The translations under genes were made by a program, and so were the position numbers. The notes below the pieces were generated by a model that saw only the letters and a program-made list of their open reading frames with translations, ran no database searches and was not told where the DNA came from. From Monocercomonoides exilis PA203 (lineage: Eukaryota; Protista; Preaxostyla): a DNA stretch of 64,000 nt. Shown here one piece after another: positions 19,201 through 31,117 of the stretch (position 1 is the first letter of the stretch; each line of letters opens with the position of its first letter). Location: NCBI GenBank assembly GCA_001643675.2, contig LSRY02000016.1, forward strand, positions 434,001-498,000, written 5' to 3'.

Positions 19201-21193
19201 ATGGATCCTTTGGTTTATGGAGAAATCATTTCTCAACTTAAAAGGGATGGATTAACTTCTATAGCCAACCAATTAAGTGAGATTGCAATGGTACCAGAGC
19301 CAAAAGCAAGTGATCATATTGATCTTGGTTCATGCTTGCTTTCTACGTTTGCTGGAGGTTTGTGGATGATATCAATTTTATATCAATAAATAAATTTATA
19401 AACTATGTAATTTATGTCATTTTGAAACGAATATTATAATATTTAGAGGATGAAATGGAAAAACAAACAAAAAACAAACTTGAATATCCATTAGTGACAA
19501 AAAATTCCGTGAAATCTCATCCAACTTTTAACACTCATTATCTTATTAAGCACAAAGGACCTGTATCAGCACTAACTCTTTCTGGGAATGGTGCATTTCT
19601 TGCAACTGGATCTCAGGTATTGCATTCATTTTTCATTCAACAATACAAATTTGAAAATTAAAATCTTTATCGCTTCAGGACATGTGCATAAAGCTTTTAT
19701 CTGTTCCCAATTTGAGAAAGCCTCCTGGCTTTGTCTTTACAAATCCGTTATCTTCTGTTGGTACTCAAGATGAAGCTGAAGAATACGATCGTGCTGTGGA
19801 GCGAAGTAGATTTCATTCTTCAATGCTAAAGCCGAGCATTAAAACTTTTTATGATCATTCTGGTGATATCACTAGCCTCACATTTCATCCTTATCACCCT
19901 TATCTTGCAAGTGGATCTTCTGACAAAACAATAAGAATATTCGATCTGACCAAGGTTAACACTCAAAAACCTTGCACATCCACTATATTGGTTTGAAAAG
20001 CTTTTAAGGAAATTGGCTTTAATGCTTGTTTTTTTTTCCCCCAAAATATGTCTATTTTTGTTGTGAATGCACTTTTCAATGTTCATTTTTGAACTTTAAA
20101 TATTATTGATCAAAGGATGAATTGCCAATCAGGTCTTTATCTTTTCACCCAGGCGGAACGTATTTGTTAGGTTTGTTTATTTTCAATATGGCACTGCGAT
20201 TTAATTATTTAACCGAATTTTCATTCATTTCTGTATTCTTCTTCATTGAATTTTTTTTTATTCGAAAATGTAATTAAATGGGCAATTATTAATGGCATGC
20301 AGTTGGCACTGATCATCCAGTTCTCCGCTTATATGACGTCAACACAGCAACCATTCTTTGCTCTTCTTCGCTGAAAGATCAGCACACAGCGCCCATCAAA
20401 AATGCAGTGTTCTCACCAACTTCGCGCAGCTATGCTTCCACTTCAACAAATGGAGACATCAAAATCTGGGACACAGCTACAAACAGAGCAGTCGTCACGA
20501 TGATTGACGTGTTTGGAGGCGAACAGGTATTTTTTGGGGAGGGGGAGTGAATATGATGAAATGATAAGAGAGGATTAGAGAGAGATATATTGATTTATAT
20601 TTATATTTATTGTTATTATTATTAGAAGTGTTAGAAAATGATACATATGTTCAATTGATTTTGTTATTTCTTCTGCATTGAATAACAATATTTCTTTTTT
20701 ATATCCTCTTCAGATATCTTCATTGAGCTATTCACAGAATGGGATGTATTTGCTCACATCTCCGTCTTCCATGAAATACGAAGCGCAGCTGTGGGACATT
20801 CGCTACCTGAGGTCTTTACTGCCTGTTGTCTCCTATCAAAATCACCCATCTCACAAATCAATCTCTCTAACAGCACAATCTTCTTCTTCCTCTTCCTCTT
20901 CTTCGTCTTCATCTTCCTCTTCTCTTTCACATCAGTACATCGGCGCTCCTCCGCTTGTCTGCTTCAACCACGACGAGAGCCTTGTCTTCGGCTCTTGCTC
21001 TCAGCTTGCGAGTGCTGGCTTCCCTTCAAAGGGACCGACTGTCCGGATGTGGAGCTCCCGAACAGGAGAGCTGCTAAACCAGATGGAAACAGGACACAAC
21101 AACGAAATAACTGCGCTGGTTGCTTCGCCTTCGGAAGAGTGCTTGCTCACTGGGAGCGCTGATACTTTTACCAGAGTGTGGTTTGCTGCTTAG
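19201..21193 (+). CDS. CSTF1: Cleavage stimulation factor 50 kDa subunit (WD40), 5 introns
   Basis: N-terminal dimerisation motif VYGEIISQLKRDGLTSIANQL. WD repeats with CstF-50-typical IKTFYDH, FHPGGTYLL/VGTDHPVLRLYDVNT and LLTGSADTFTRVW. Introns start at 19358, 19617, 19991, 20171 and 20527. Confidence 0.88.
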
Positions 21194-22025
21194 AAGAAAA
21201 GGCAACGAACAATCCACTTCTTGACTTGTTTGATATTTTGCTTATTTTTTTCAAATTTTTTAAGTCAATTCACTTTGTTTTTCACTTCGCATTTCGAGTA
21301 ATAATGAATTTGGAAATTGAACTTTTGTTCATAATTTAATCTTTTGATAACATATATTTTGTAAGAATACCTGTTATCAAAAATCTGTTTCAAAGTTGGT
21401 AGTAATTTTTTGTGATTGTTTCTGTATTATTTTCATCACATCTTTAGTATTTTGTTTGAAAATTCTTCTTAAATAATATGCAGCAGCAAATCTGAGTATC
21501 AGATGAACATTCATTAACAACTTTTTCATAAATTGTTGGAAATAATAACGTCAACTGTTATGTTTATGTTGAGAACAAATGGAAGATTTAAAAAAATGAA
21601 ATGAGAGACTTACAAAGAGTTGATAAAAAAGTTAACAAATAAAATGTTGAAAAATCTTCTTATTTTTCTGAGTTCAAACTTTATAAAAATGAGTTGGAGT
21701 TAAACCCTTAATCAAAGAATTAAAATGTTAACACAAAAACCAAATTTTAGTTTTTCAACAAAACGTGCCTTTTATGTTTGAAAAGACATTGTGTTATTAT
21801 TCTGGGTTGGATCAATTTTTTCGATTATTATAATAAAACAAAGAAATACTTTTGAAATAGCTTATCACAGATTTTTATAAACAAAAAAAAAAATTTTTTT
21901 TTCCATAGTATGATATTCGTTTTCAAAAGAAATACATAAAACACTCGTGTTTCTCAATAAAAACATTTGCTTTTGTTGTTGTGCAACGATTGTTTATTTG
22001 TATTTTATTGATGTTTTTGAAATAA

Positions 22026-25000
22026 ATGATAACTTTTCTAATGGATCAAACTTCCCATCAGATGTCGAAAAATATTCAGGATGCCTCTCCTTTTAGGGAG
22101 ATTCTAATTGGAGAGCCCCAAGTATTTCCTTTTAAAAACAACTTTGTCAGTACAACAAAATACAGTCCGCTGACTTTTGTCCCAATGAACCTTTTTGGAC
22201 AATTTAGAAGAGTTGCCAATGTTTACTTTTTGCTCATCGCTATTCTTCAATTAATACCTGGACTATCAACATTGAATCCAGTAACTTCTATCCTTCCATT
22301 AGTTTTTGTTATCGTTGTTACAATGATAAAAGATCTTCTTGAGGATTTGAGACGTCATTCAAGTGATTGTAAAGCCAACAGCAAGATGTCTTTGGTCTGG
22401 CAAGGTGAAGAATTTGTGCAAACTCAATGGAAAGATATCCGAGTTGGAGACTTTGTAAAAGTTGAATGTGATGATCTTGTTCCTGCTGATATTGTTATTC
22501 TTTATTCTCCACTTGATAATGGTGCGTGCAACATTGAAACAACAAATCTTGATGGTGAAACAAATTTAAAAACAAAACAGGCGATTCAAGTTAATGGCAC
22601 CGGTTTAGATTTAGAGCAGGGACCAAAAGGATTGAAAGGGAAAATGTTGTGTGATCATCCAAATCCTCATTTATATGTATTTGGAGGATCACTTTCGCTT
22701 GATGGAACTAATAACATCCCAATAGATAACTCAAATGTGATTTTAAGATCATGTTCTTTGCGAAACACTGCATTTGTCATTGGTTTTGTTGTTTACACGG
22801 GCCATGAAACAAAAATCATGAAGAATTCAGGCAAATCTCCAATAAAGCAAACAAAACTAGAAAAATTGTTGAACGTGTTTGTTTACATAGCATTTGCATT
22901 TCAAATTTTGTTCTGTTTATTTTGTGCAATTATGTGCGGGATATTTTATTTGCGAGTCAAAGATCATTGGTACTTGAAAGCAGCGGAAGAAAACGCAGGA
23001 GCAAAAGGTGCAATTTCGTTTCTAACACACATCATTCTTTACAACACACTCATTCCAATCTCACTTTACGTAACATTGGAAGTTGTGAAGTTGGGTCAAG
23101 TTTTATTTATCAACAACGATCGGCGCATGTATGATCCTAAGAGTGATACGAGGGCAAATGCAAGGACTTCAAACCTTAACGAATCGCTTGGGATGATTGA
23201 ATATGTCTTCTCGGATAAAACAGGGACACTTACTCAAAATGTGATGGAGTTTTTCAAGTGCTCAATTGGAGGAAAGATGTACGGGAAAGGGATTTCAGAG
23301 ATTAAAGCAGCTGAAATGCGGAGAAATGGGATAAAAGACGCAAAGCCAACAGGAAGAGGCTTTGAAGACGATTCACTGATGGCGATTTTGAACAAGGAGG
23401 ACAGTGGAAGAAGTGAAGGCCTCAGCAGCAACGCGAATCAGGATGGAGAGAAAGGGAAAGGAAATATTTCTGAGCGCGATAAAGACCGCAACAATATCAT
23501 CAGCTTTTTCACAAATCTGTCTGTATGTCATACGTGCCTTGCTGAAATACCCAAAGGAAAAAGGCCAGCTGGGTCTGGAACTCCGACTTCTGAAGAAATA
23601 ATTATGTATCCTGGGAAACTTGTTTATAAGGCAGCTTCGCCTGATGAAGGAGCACTTGTTGATGCGGCTGCAAATATTGGGTTTGAATTCAGAGGATGCG
23701 AAAAGCGGAATTATGTTGTGCGAATGAAGGCAGATGCAGCGATGGAGCTGTATAAAGGAGGGACTACTCCTCTTCCAACACCAGACGAAAATGGGAAGGT
23801 GGATGTGCGGATCGAAGTGCTGTATGTGCTCGAGTTCAACTCAGACAGGAAAAGAAATTCAGAAATTGTCCGTCTTCCCAACGGGAAGGTTCGCGTCTAC
23901 TCAAAAGGTGCTGATGCGACGATGATTCCTTTGCTTTCTAAAGAAAAGACAGATGATGCAGTCCTCCAAGCAACGCTTGATCACATGCGTGAATACGCTT
24001 CTGAAGGGTTGAGGACCCTTGTGTTGGCTAAAAGAGATATTGAATCTGAAGAAGAGTTTGAAAAGTGGGAGAAGAAATATCAAGAAGCATTAAACTCGAT
24101 CGAAGATAGACAGAAACGTGTTGATGAGGTTGCTGCGGAAATTGAAATCGATCTGGAACTGATTGGTGCAACAGCCATTGAAGATAAACTGCAAGAAGGT
24201 GTGCCAGATTGCATTGAAGTGTTGAGGAAAGCTGGAATCAAAGTGTGGGTGCTGACGGGAGACAAGCAGGAAACAGCCATCAACATTGGCTTTGCTTGCA
24301 AGCTGCTGACGCAAGAAATGCAGATGATGGTTATTTCTGGAAAGGATACTCAACTCATCAAGAAGCAGATAAACGAGCTGGCACATGTGTTTGCCACAAT
24401 CCCAGCATCGCATTTTATGAACTATGCATTGGTGATAGAAGGATCTGCACTAACATATTGCTTATCTGATGAAGTGATTTCAGAGACTCTTTCTGTTTGC
24501 ATGAAGTGTGGTGTGGTGATCTGCTGCAGAGTGTCTCCGAAGCAGAAGGCGGATGTTGTGGGTGCCATTCGTGACAACAGTGATTCCACAACACTTTCCA
24601 TCGGTGATGGTGCAAATGATGTACCAATGATCCAAAGGGCACATGTTGGAGTTGGTATCAGCGGAAATGAAGGTATGCAGGCTGTGATGTCATCAGACTA
24701 CTCCTTTGCTCAGTTCCGCTTCCTCCAGCGTCTTCTTTTAGTGCATGGCAGAATGAGCTACAAGCGCCTTTCGATGGTTGTTTTGTATTCATTCTACAAA
24801 AACTTCGCATTTACACTCACCATGTTCTGGAACGATTGGTTCAATGGCTTCTCTGGTCAGTCACAATACGAATCATGGTTCATTTCTTTCTTCAACCTTA
24901 TTTTTACTGTTGCTCCGATTGTTGTCTATGGTCTTGGTGATGCAGAACTTCGACCAAACAGAATGGCGAAACTTCCAGCAACTTATGCGCTTGGAAGGTT

Positions 25001-25994
25001 GGGAAGAGAAGCAACGCCTGCCACGTTTGTGCGCTGGATTCTTGACGGGCTTTGGTGCTCTTTTGTGAACTTCTATGTTGGCATGTTCATGTTTGAGACG
25101 CTCATTCAGTCTGACGGAAAAGCAGAGGATATCTGGTTCATGGGGAATGCCATCATAACTGCAACAATTATTACTGTCACGGTTCGATTGTTTTTGGAGT
25201 TCAACTTAGTCACATGGATCCACTGGCTCATTGTGATTTTGTCTGTCCTATCCTGGTTTTTGGTGGCGATTATATTCAATGCTGGTCTGCAGCCGAGTCT
25301 TACTGGATCGTTCTGGCGGAATTTCATGTCTCTCACGTATTGGATGTACATCATTGTGTCACCGATTATCTGCCTAATTCCGCCATATGCAATCAGATGG
25401 ATTAAAAGGCAGTTTAAGCCATCTGTTGATAATGTGATACGTGAAAGAGAGCTGATAACTCGGCAGAGCATTATGAACAAGATGAAGCGTCTGCAGAATG
25501 CCAAAGGCATCAAACAACCAGCAGGACTGGAAGACTCACTGAATGTTCCGCTCACAAAGAGGCTAGGAGGAGAGGAGGACGACTGGGAGATCGACGATAT
25601 TGAAACAGAGTTTATGAAAGATGTTGGCTTTAACATTGCTGAATCTGCTGCTCCAGAGCCATTTAATTCTTCTTCATTAGAAGAAGAAAACAGAACAAAC
25701 GAGAATCAAACAAAAGATTCGTCTTCTTCATCGTCATCTTCGTCTTCTGCAAAATCTTCAGCTGAAACTTCAGCTTCATCAGCACTTTCGATGCAGCCTT
25801 ATGAGAACCGCTCGCGTTTGAGTCGCCGAATGACGCTGAGAACAGGATATGCATACACATTTACTGAGGACTTGATCAATACAGAAGAAAAATATGCTGC
25901 CAGAGCCAAAATGAATGAATCTACATATTCTGCATCAGCTTCAGCTTCATCTTCATCTTCATCGTCTTCGTCTTCAAATTATCTATCTGCTTGA
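22026..25994 (+). CDS. P4-type ATPase phospholipid flippase (Drs2/ATP8-like), intronless
   Basis: Motifs TTKYS, TNLDGETNLK, IPISLYV, FSDKTGTLT, SPDEGALV, LTGDKQETA, CCRVSPKQK, IGDGANDV and LLLVHG. Confidence 0.96.
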   Translation: MITFLMDQTSHQMSKNIQDASPFREILIGEPQVFPFKNNFVSTTKYSPLTFVPMNLFGQFRRVANVYFLLIAILQLIPGLSTLNPVTSILPLVFVIVVTMIKDLLEDLRRHSSDCKANSKMSLVWQGEEFVQTQWKDIRVGDFVKVECDDLVPADIVILYSPLDNGACNIETTNLDGETNLKTKQAIQVNGTGLDLEQGPKGLKGKMLCDHPNPHLYVFGGSLSLDGTNNIPIDNSNVILRSCSLRNTAFVIGFVVYTGHETKIMKNSGKSPIKQTKLEKLLNVFVYIAFAFQILFCLFCAIMCGIFYLRVKDHWYLKAAEENAGAKGAISFLTHIILYNTLIPISLYVTLEVVKLGQVLFINNDRRMYDPKSDTRANARTSNLNESLGMIEYVFSDKTGTLTQNVMEFFKCSIGGKMYGKGISEIKAAEMRRNGIKDAKPTGRGFEDDSLMAILNKEDSGRSEGLSSNANQDGEKGKGNISERDKDRNNIISFFTNLSVCHTCLAEIPKGKRPAGSGTPTSEEIIMYPGKLVYKAASPDEGALVDAAANIGFEFRGCEKRNYVVRMKADAAMELYKGGTTPLPTPDENGKVDVRIEVLYVLEFNSDRKRNSEIVRLPNGKVRVYSKGADATMIPLLSKEKTDDAVLQATLDHMREYASEGLRTLVLAKRDIESEEEFEKWEKKYQEALNSIEDRQKRVDEVAAEIEIDLELIGATAIEDKLQEGVPDCIEVLRKAGIKVWVLTGDKQETAINIGFACKLLTQEMQMMVISGKDTQLIKKQINELAHVFATIPASHFMNYALVIEGSALTYCLSDEVISETLSVCMKCGVVICCRVSPKQKADVVGAIRDNSDSTTLSIGDGANDVPMIQRAHVGVGISGNEGMQAVMSSDYSFAQFRFLQRLLLVHGRMSYKRLSMVVLYSFYKNFAFTLTMFWNDWFNGFSGQSQYESWFISFFNLIFTVAPIVVYGLGDAELRPNRMAKLPATYALGRLGREATPATFVRWILDGLWCSFVNFYVGMFMFETLIQSDGKAEDIWFMGNAIITATIITVTVRLFLEFNLVTWIHWLIVILSVLSWFLVAIIFNAGLQPSLTGSFWRNFMSLTYWMYIIVSPIICLIPPYAIRWIKRQFKPSVDNVIRERELITRQSIMNKMKRLQNAKGIKQPAGLEDSLNVPLTKRLGGEEDDWEIDDIETEFMKDVGFNIAESAAPEPFNSSSLEEENRTNENQTKDSSSSSSSSSSAKSSAETSASSALSMQPYENRSRLSRRMTLRTGYAYTFTEDLINTEEKYAARAKMNESTYSASASASSSSSSSSSSNYLSA

Positions 25995-26792
25995 ATTGCA
26001 CAGTGTTCAATTTGTGATATCTGGTTTGAGACCCTTACGTTTTATGTTTCATTTTGAGATTGTTTCTTTCTGTTTTTATCATTTTTCATATGTTTTATTT
26101 AAAGGTTTTTATCGACAAGCTTTATTTCAAAAAGGAATTAATTCTTTTTTGTGCTACTTCCTCTCTTTATCTTTTATCTTTTATTCTTCTTTCCTTTGTT
26201 TTTGCGTTTGTTTTTTGCATCGATTCTCATCACATAATTTGTTGAATTTTATTATATCAAGAAACATTGAAAGAATTTCAACACTAAAGGAGGACGATCG
26301 CATCATGTCATAGTGTGTTTTCTCCTCACATCAATCAAATCATTTGTGTTGCTGCTTTCTTGATTCGTGTTTCATCTGTATTTTTTTATATACAATATTA
26401 TCTTTTTCTGTATCTTAATATTTATCAACAAATTAGAAATGTTATCAGTTTTGACTTTTCGTATCGCATAATTTTTGGTTGATTTAAAATATCCATTCAA
26501 TGTGTAAATTGAACAGCCAACAAAATAATATCAAATTTTTGAAAAACAACAAAAAATTCTTTAAATAAATTTTTGAAATAGTTTATTGCAATTTTCATTG
26601 TGAAACAGAAAAATGGAAAAAAATTCTGGTTCAATAATACTCATCAAAGCAGAAATTTTTAAAGATAAAAATACTAAAACTCTCCTCTAGTGGTGAAATA
26701 GTGAAAATGCATTATTTTTTTTTTAAAAACAGCTCATTGTCATTTCATTTTACAAAAAAAAACCAAATTGAGATTGAAAAGATTTTTCAGAA

Positions 26793-27939
26793 ATGGGACG
26801 ATATTTTTTGCTTTTTGAATTTTGTTCCATTTAACTCAAACACGTATTTTTCTCTATTTGGGGGGGGGGGGATTTTTTGTTAACGGGAATGTTAGACTTT
26901 TCATGATAAGGTTGAAAAAAAGTTTGGAACAAATTGTTGTTTTTTTCATAAATGCAAAAATTCTTCCCCAAATAAACAACAATTTCTTGAACATGAATCA
27001 AATATGATCAAAACAATAGTTTGTGAAACAAAAAGGTGTGAAATATTTATTTTTATTAAACAATAGAGTCAAATATAAATTTCCTTTCTTTCACATTTTT
27101 AAAAAGGATTCAAAAGTCAATAAAATAAATTTTTTTTTGTGATTATTTATGAAATGGGGAAATTTTTTTGCATTTCTGAAAAAAAACAACAATTTGTTCC
27201 AATTTTTTTTTTATTTTTCTGTGACATGACAAGAGAAAATTGAAAAAATGACAAAATGACAGACAAGATATTTATGAATTGTCAATAATGGTAATTTTTT
27301 ACGATTCCACAATTTTCAATAACAAAAACAATTAATTTGAAAATACATATGCAATAATTCTTATTATTTTGAAAAAATGAAATTTAAAATAAAGGAAATT
27401 AAGTTCCCTACTTTTTTTTTATTGGAAATGTCAGTTGAAAAAATATTTTGTCACAATTTGTCATTGACTGTCACTGACCGTCACTGACAAATGGGAAAAA
27501 ACAACAAGATATAACAAATGTTATCAACAAAAATTATTGCAAATTGCTATGAAAAGTTTATTAAGAAGCTTTCCCAATTGTTTATTTTTTATTTTTTATT
27601 TTTTATTTTTCATATATTTTTTTAATTATTTTTTATTTTGTATTGTTTATATTATTTTATTTATTTTTTTATTTTTTTATTTTTTTTATTTTTTTTTTTA
27701 TTTTTATTTTTATTAAATTAAAATAAATATAATTTATTTTATTATATTTATTTTTTTTTTTTTTGTGACAGACGAGGCTTCAAGTGACTTGTCTGGTCAC
27801 AGAGGTATATTTTTTTTCAACTTTTTCATTGAAAGTCTTTCATTCCCGTGTTAAAAAAACATGGAAAATTTCCAAATAGAAAAAAATATTCGTTTGAGCT
27901 AAATGGAACAAAATTCATAAAGCATAAAATATCATCCCA
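26793..27939. mobile_element. Non-coding element bounded by long imperfect inverted repeats (foldback/MITE-like)
   Basis: 26793-26920 (TGGGACGATATTTT..TTTTGTTCCATTTAACTCAAAC..CGGGAATG..GACTTT) is the reverse complement of ~27810-27939. Confidence 0.7.
26921..27205. mobile_element. Small MITE-like element with ~45-bp TIRs, nested in the previous element
   Basis: TTGGAACAAATTGTTGTTTTTTTCATAAATGCA at 26924, with its inverted copy ending at ~27202. A matching end recurs at 54101-54140. Confidence 0.7.
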
Positions 27940-28204
27940 AATCATATTTTTTACGAAAAAAATATTCAAATACAAAAATTTGCATTTTTATTAACGTCCA
28001 CTGAAATAAAATAATGCAATTTATAGGCAAACTTGTTTTGAATTCATTTCAAATACTCACATTTCACATAACTGAATTTTGTTTTTCATTTATGTGGAAA
28101 ATTTCATCCAACAAAAAAAGTGATTCGTAATCAACAACACTAAAAAAATTATATTTTCAAAAGCTATCACCAAAATAGAATCGGGAAAAATACAAAACTT
28201 CATT

Positions 28205-28471
28205 CATATGTGTGATTATTTTTGAAATCATGTTTTAACATTCAAAAATTTCGGTTCGAAAATTTTCCTTGAATATCAAAAAAAAGATTATTGAAAAACG
28301 AAAAGGCTCCCAAAAGACATCTTCATCATTATTTGTGCAGAATCATTCGTCATGAAAATAACTGAAAGAAATTTATCACAAAAATGCAAAATCTCTATTC
28401 TATAATAAACAACCTATAATAAATCAACGCTCCAAAAAATTTTTATGATTTCAAAAATAATGACACATATG
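28205..28471. mobile_element. ~270-bp MITE, copy 1 (TIR ATATGTGTGATTATTTTTGAAATCAT)
   Basis: 27-bp near-perfect inverted repeats. TIRs and the internal TTTCGGTTC.AAAATTT and AAAGGCT motifs are shared with 56417-56678. Confidence 0.72.
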
Positions 28472-29268
28472 TTAGTTATCCTTTTTGAAAAGAAGCAAAA
28501 ATGAAAAATTTTTTCATTTCCAAAATGAAAATTTTGATGAAATTTTTATAACAAATTAATCGACAATCACATTTTTGTTAAAAAAAAAAGTATGATTATT
28601 TGTGAAATCACATATCTTTTTATAAATTTCTATTATTGCATTGTTTTTATTGTTTCTTTGAATATTTCGTTATCAGAATCTCACAGCTTCTTAATATTAA
28701 CAAGACCAAATGAAAGAGATAAATAATTCATAAAGAAGTGCCATTTTGAAAAGTTTTCTATGTCTTGGTGTTATATTTTCTTTCATTAAACACTCTTTAT
28801 TCACTGAATTTTTTTGAAAGAAAGAGTTTGATATCAAAAACAATCATCCATATCGGAGGCAATCATTGCATGTATTTGAATGTTTTCTAATGAAATAGAG
28901 CTGATCAAAAAAAGAATTTCTCACAAATTTTATCTAAAAATGTCCAGAAAAGTGGACCTTAGCGAATTTCTAATAGAAAAGTTTTTTTCTTCATCATTTT
29001 TTTTTAAATATTTCATTAAAAAAATCTCGCTATATTTGTAATTATTCAAGTTCAGTTATGGAAGATGAAAATTCCATTGGAATCTATCATTTTTTTTTAC
29101 AACATTCTTTAAGAACAATTTCAAAATAACAATTTACATTTTTGTTTAACAAAAAATCTTTTTTTTAATTATTTATTTGTTTGAAACAACAGAAATAAGA
29201 ACTTTCAAGGATAAAAGCTCTTTCAACGTTTTTTGTTCCTCTCAAATTATCAATTTAACATTCTAATC

Positions 29269-29270
29269 AA

Positions 29271-29306
<36 letters not shown>

Positions 29307-29307
29307 G
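29269..29307 (+). repeat. (AAAG)n microsatellite
   Basis: About 9 tandem AAAG units. Confidence 0.9.
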
Positions 29308-29487
29308 AAAAAGGTATTTTTCTTATTTGATTTTAAAGGTAACTCATTATTGTTTCCATCCAAAAAAATTGATAAAACATTTAAAATGTAATAAAATTAT
29401 TTTGATAATTTCTGATGAAGAATTTATCAAATGGGATCTAAAAATAAAATTATATAAAAATAAACGAGTGATAGTTTAAAAAAAAAA

Positions 29488-30764
29488 TTAAGACGACATC
29501 GGAACTTTAATAGGTGACATTGGATTTGGTAAAACTGCGGTCATATTAAATGCAGAATTCTCTGTTGTAGATGTCTTTAATAAATACGAATCAGCTTGAG
29601 AAGAAGCTGAATTAGATACAGAAAATCCTGATGAAGATAAATAACTGGAGCTTGGAGAAGTTAATGATAAATTATAATTATTGATTTCTTTATTAATAAC
29701 ATCGCTATTCTTTCCTTCTTCCAAAGACTTCTTTTCGTTCTCTAAATCATGAGCCTTCTTCTTATTTTTGTAAGATTGCTGATAAAAATCGTAGAATAAA
29801 TAAAAAAAGTATGCGTCGGCCACAGAATTTAAAATCATCATTAACAAGTTCCCAGATGCGTTTAATCCAAAAAACATTCTTCCAGGAATAAATATTGCAA
29901 AATAAACTATCCCAATAAAAAATTGAATTAATTGAATAATTGTTATATAGTTCCTTAGCCTCCATCTGCAAGAAACAAAAGATATATGAAATAGAAAAAA
30001 TTAATTATCATAGTTAAAAATATCAAATTATTTCTAAAAATATACCTAATTCCAAGAGTTGCACATCCATAATATAAATACATAACAACATGAACAAGTG
30101 AATTAAGAAAAGCTGGTAGCCATAATGCTCCAAAGTTTGCTGCGAACCAGCTTGTAACCATCATCAACATTCCAGAGTGGTGAAGAACGTGAAGATATGT
30201 TACGCCTTTTTGAGCTTTTCTCAATATAATAATCCAAGTATCAATCAATTCGTACCATTTAGACAGAAGATAAACATAACACCACCAGTAAATACGTCCA
30301 ACTAATGGGGTTCCTCGTTTTTGAAATAAGAATTTCATCAAACGGTTTGTTTGTTCACTTTCGGGGCAAGGACCATACATTAACTAAATTTCATAATTGA
30401 GACATTGGAAACAAAAATATAAAACACATTGAAATAAATACTTGTAAAAATTACCTCATATAATATTCCAAGAGCAGTAACCAAGCTTAACCCAGACAAA
30501 AAAAAGCTTACATGTTTAAAAAGCATAAAAAATTTGATTGCCTTGCAATGAAAACAAATGAACAAACTTATGAATGGAAGCAACTGTTTTAAGTTTTAAA
30601 GCTTGTCTTTTTTGCATATATTTTGATAATAAATTGAGTGATAACAAATATCCAACAATTGAAAATCCGATGAACCACCACTGGGTACCAAATGTACTTC
30701 CAACAATAAGATGAAAATCTTTAGTTGAATGCCAATAACTTTGTTGTGCAACGGTTTGCTCCAT
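29488..30764 (-). CDS. Fatty-acid elongase (ELO/GNS1/SUR4 family), 3 introns
   Basis: YLLSKWYELIDT, His box LHVLHH, NSLVHVVMYLYY, and spliced ITIIQLIQF and LFYDFY. Confidence 0.92.
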
Positions 30765-31117
30765 TTCAATTAAAAATTTGATCGGAACCAATAATGAAGA
30801 GTTTTGTAAATATAAAATGTTTCAAATATCATTTTTTTGGATAACATTATATTCATTCAAAAAATTTATTATCAAATGCTCCAATTCTTCGTTGATAATT
30901 TCAAAGGATTAAGAAAAAACGATAATAACATGTTATTTAAATTTTCAAGTGTTTATTTTATATAAGAAAGGAATAAATATGTCTTTTTTATATATCGTGC
31001 ATTTGATATTATTGATGGTTAATATAAACAATAATTAACCATTATTAATTACAGAGAACTTATTTTTTTTCATTTTTTTTAAGTTGAAGGAGATTTCCGA
31101 TTGCTAATCAGATCCAT

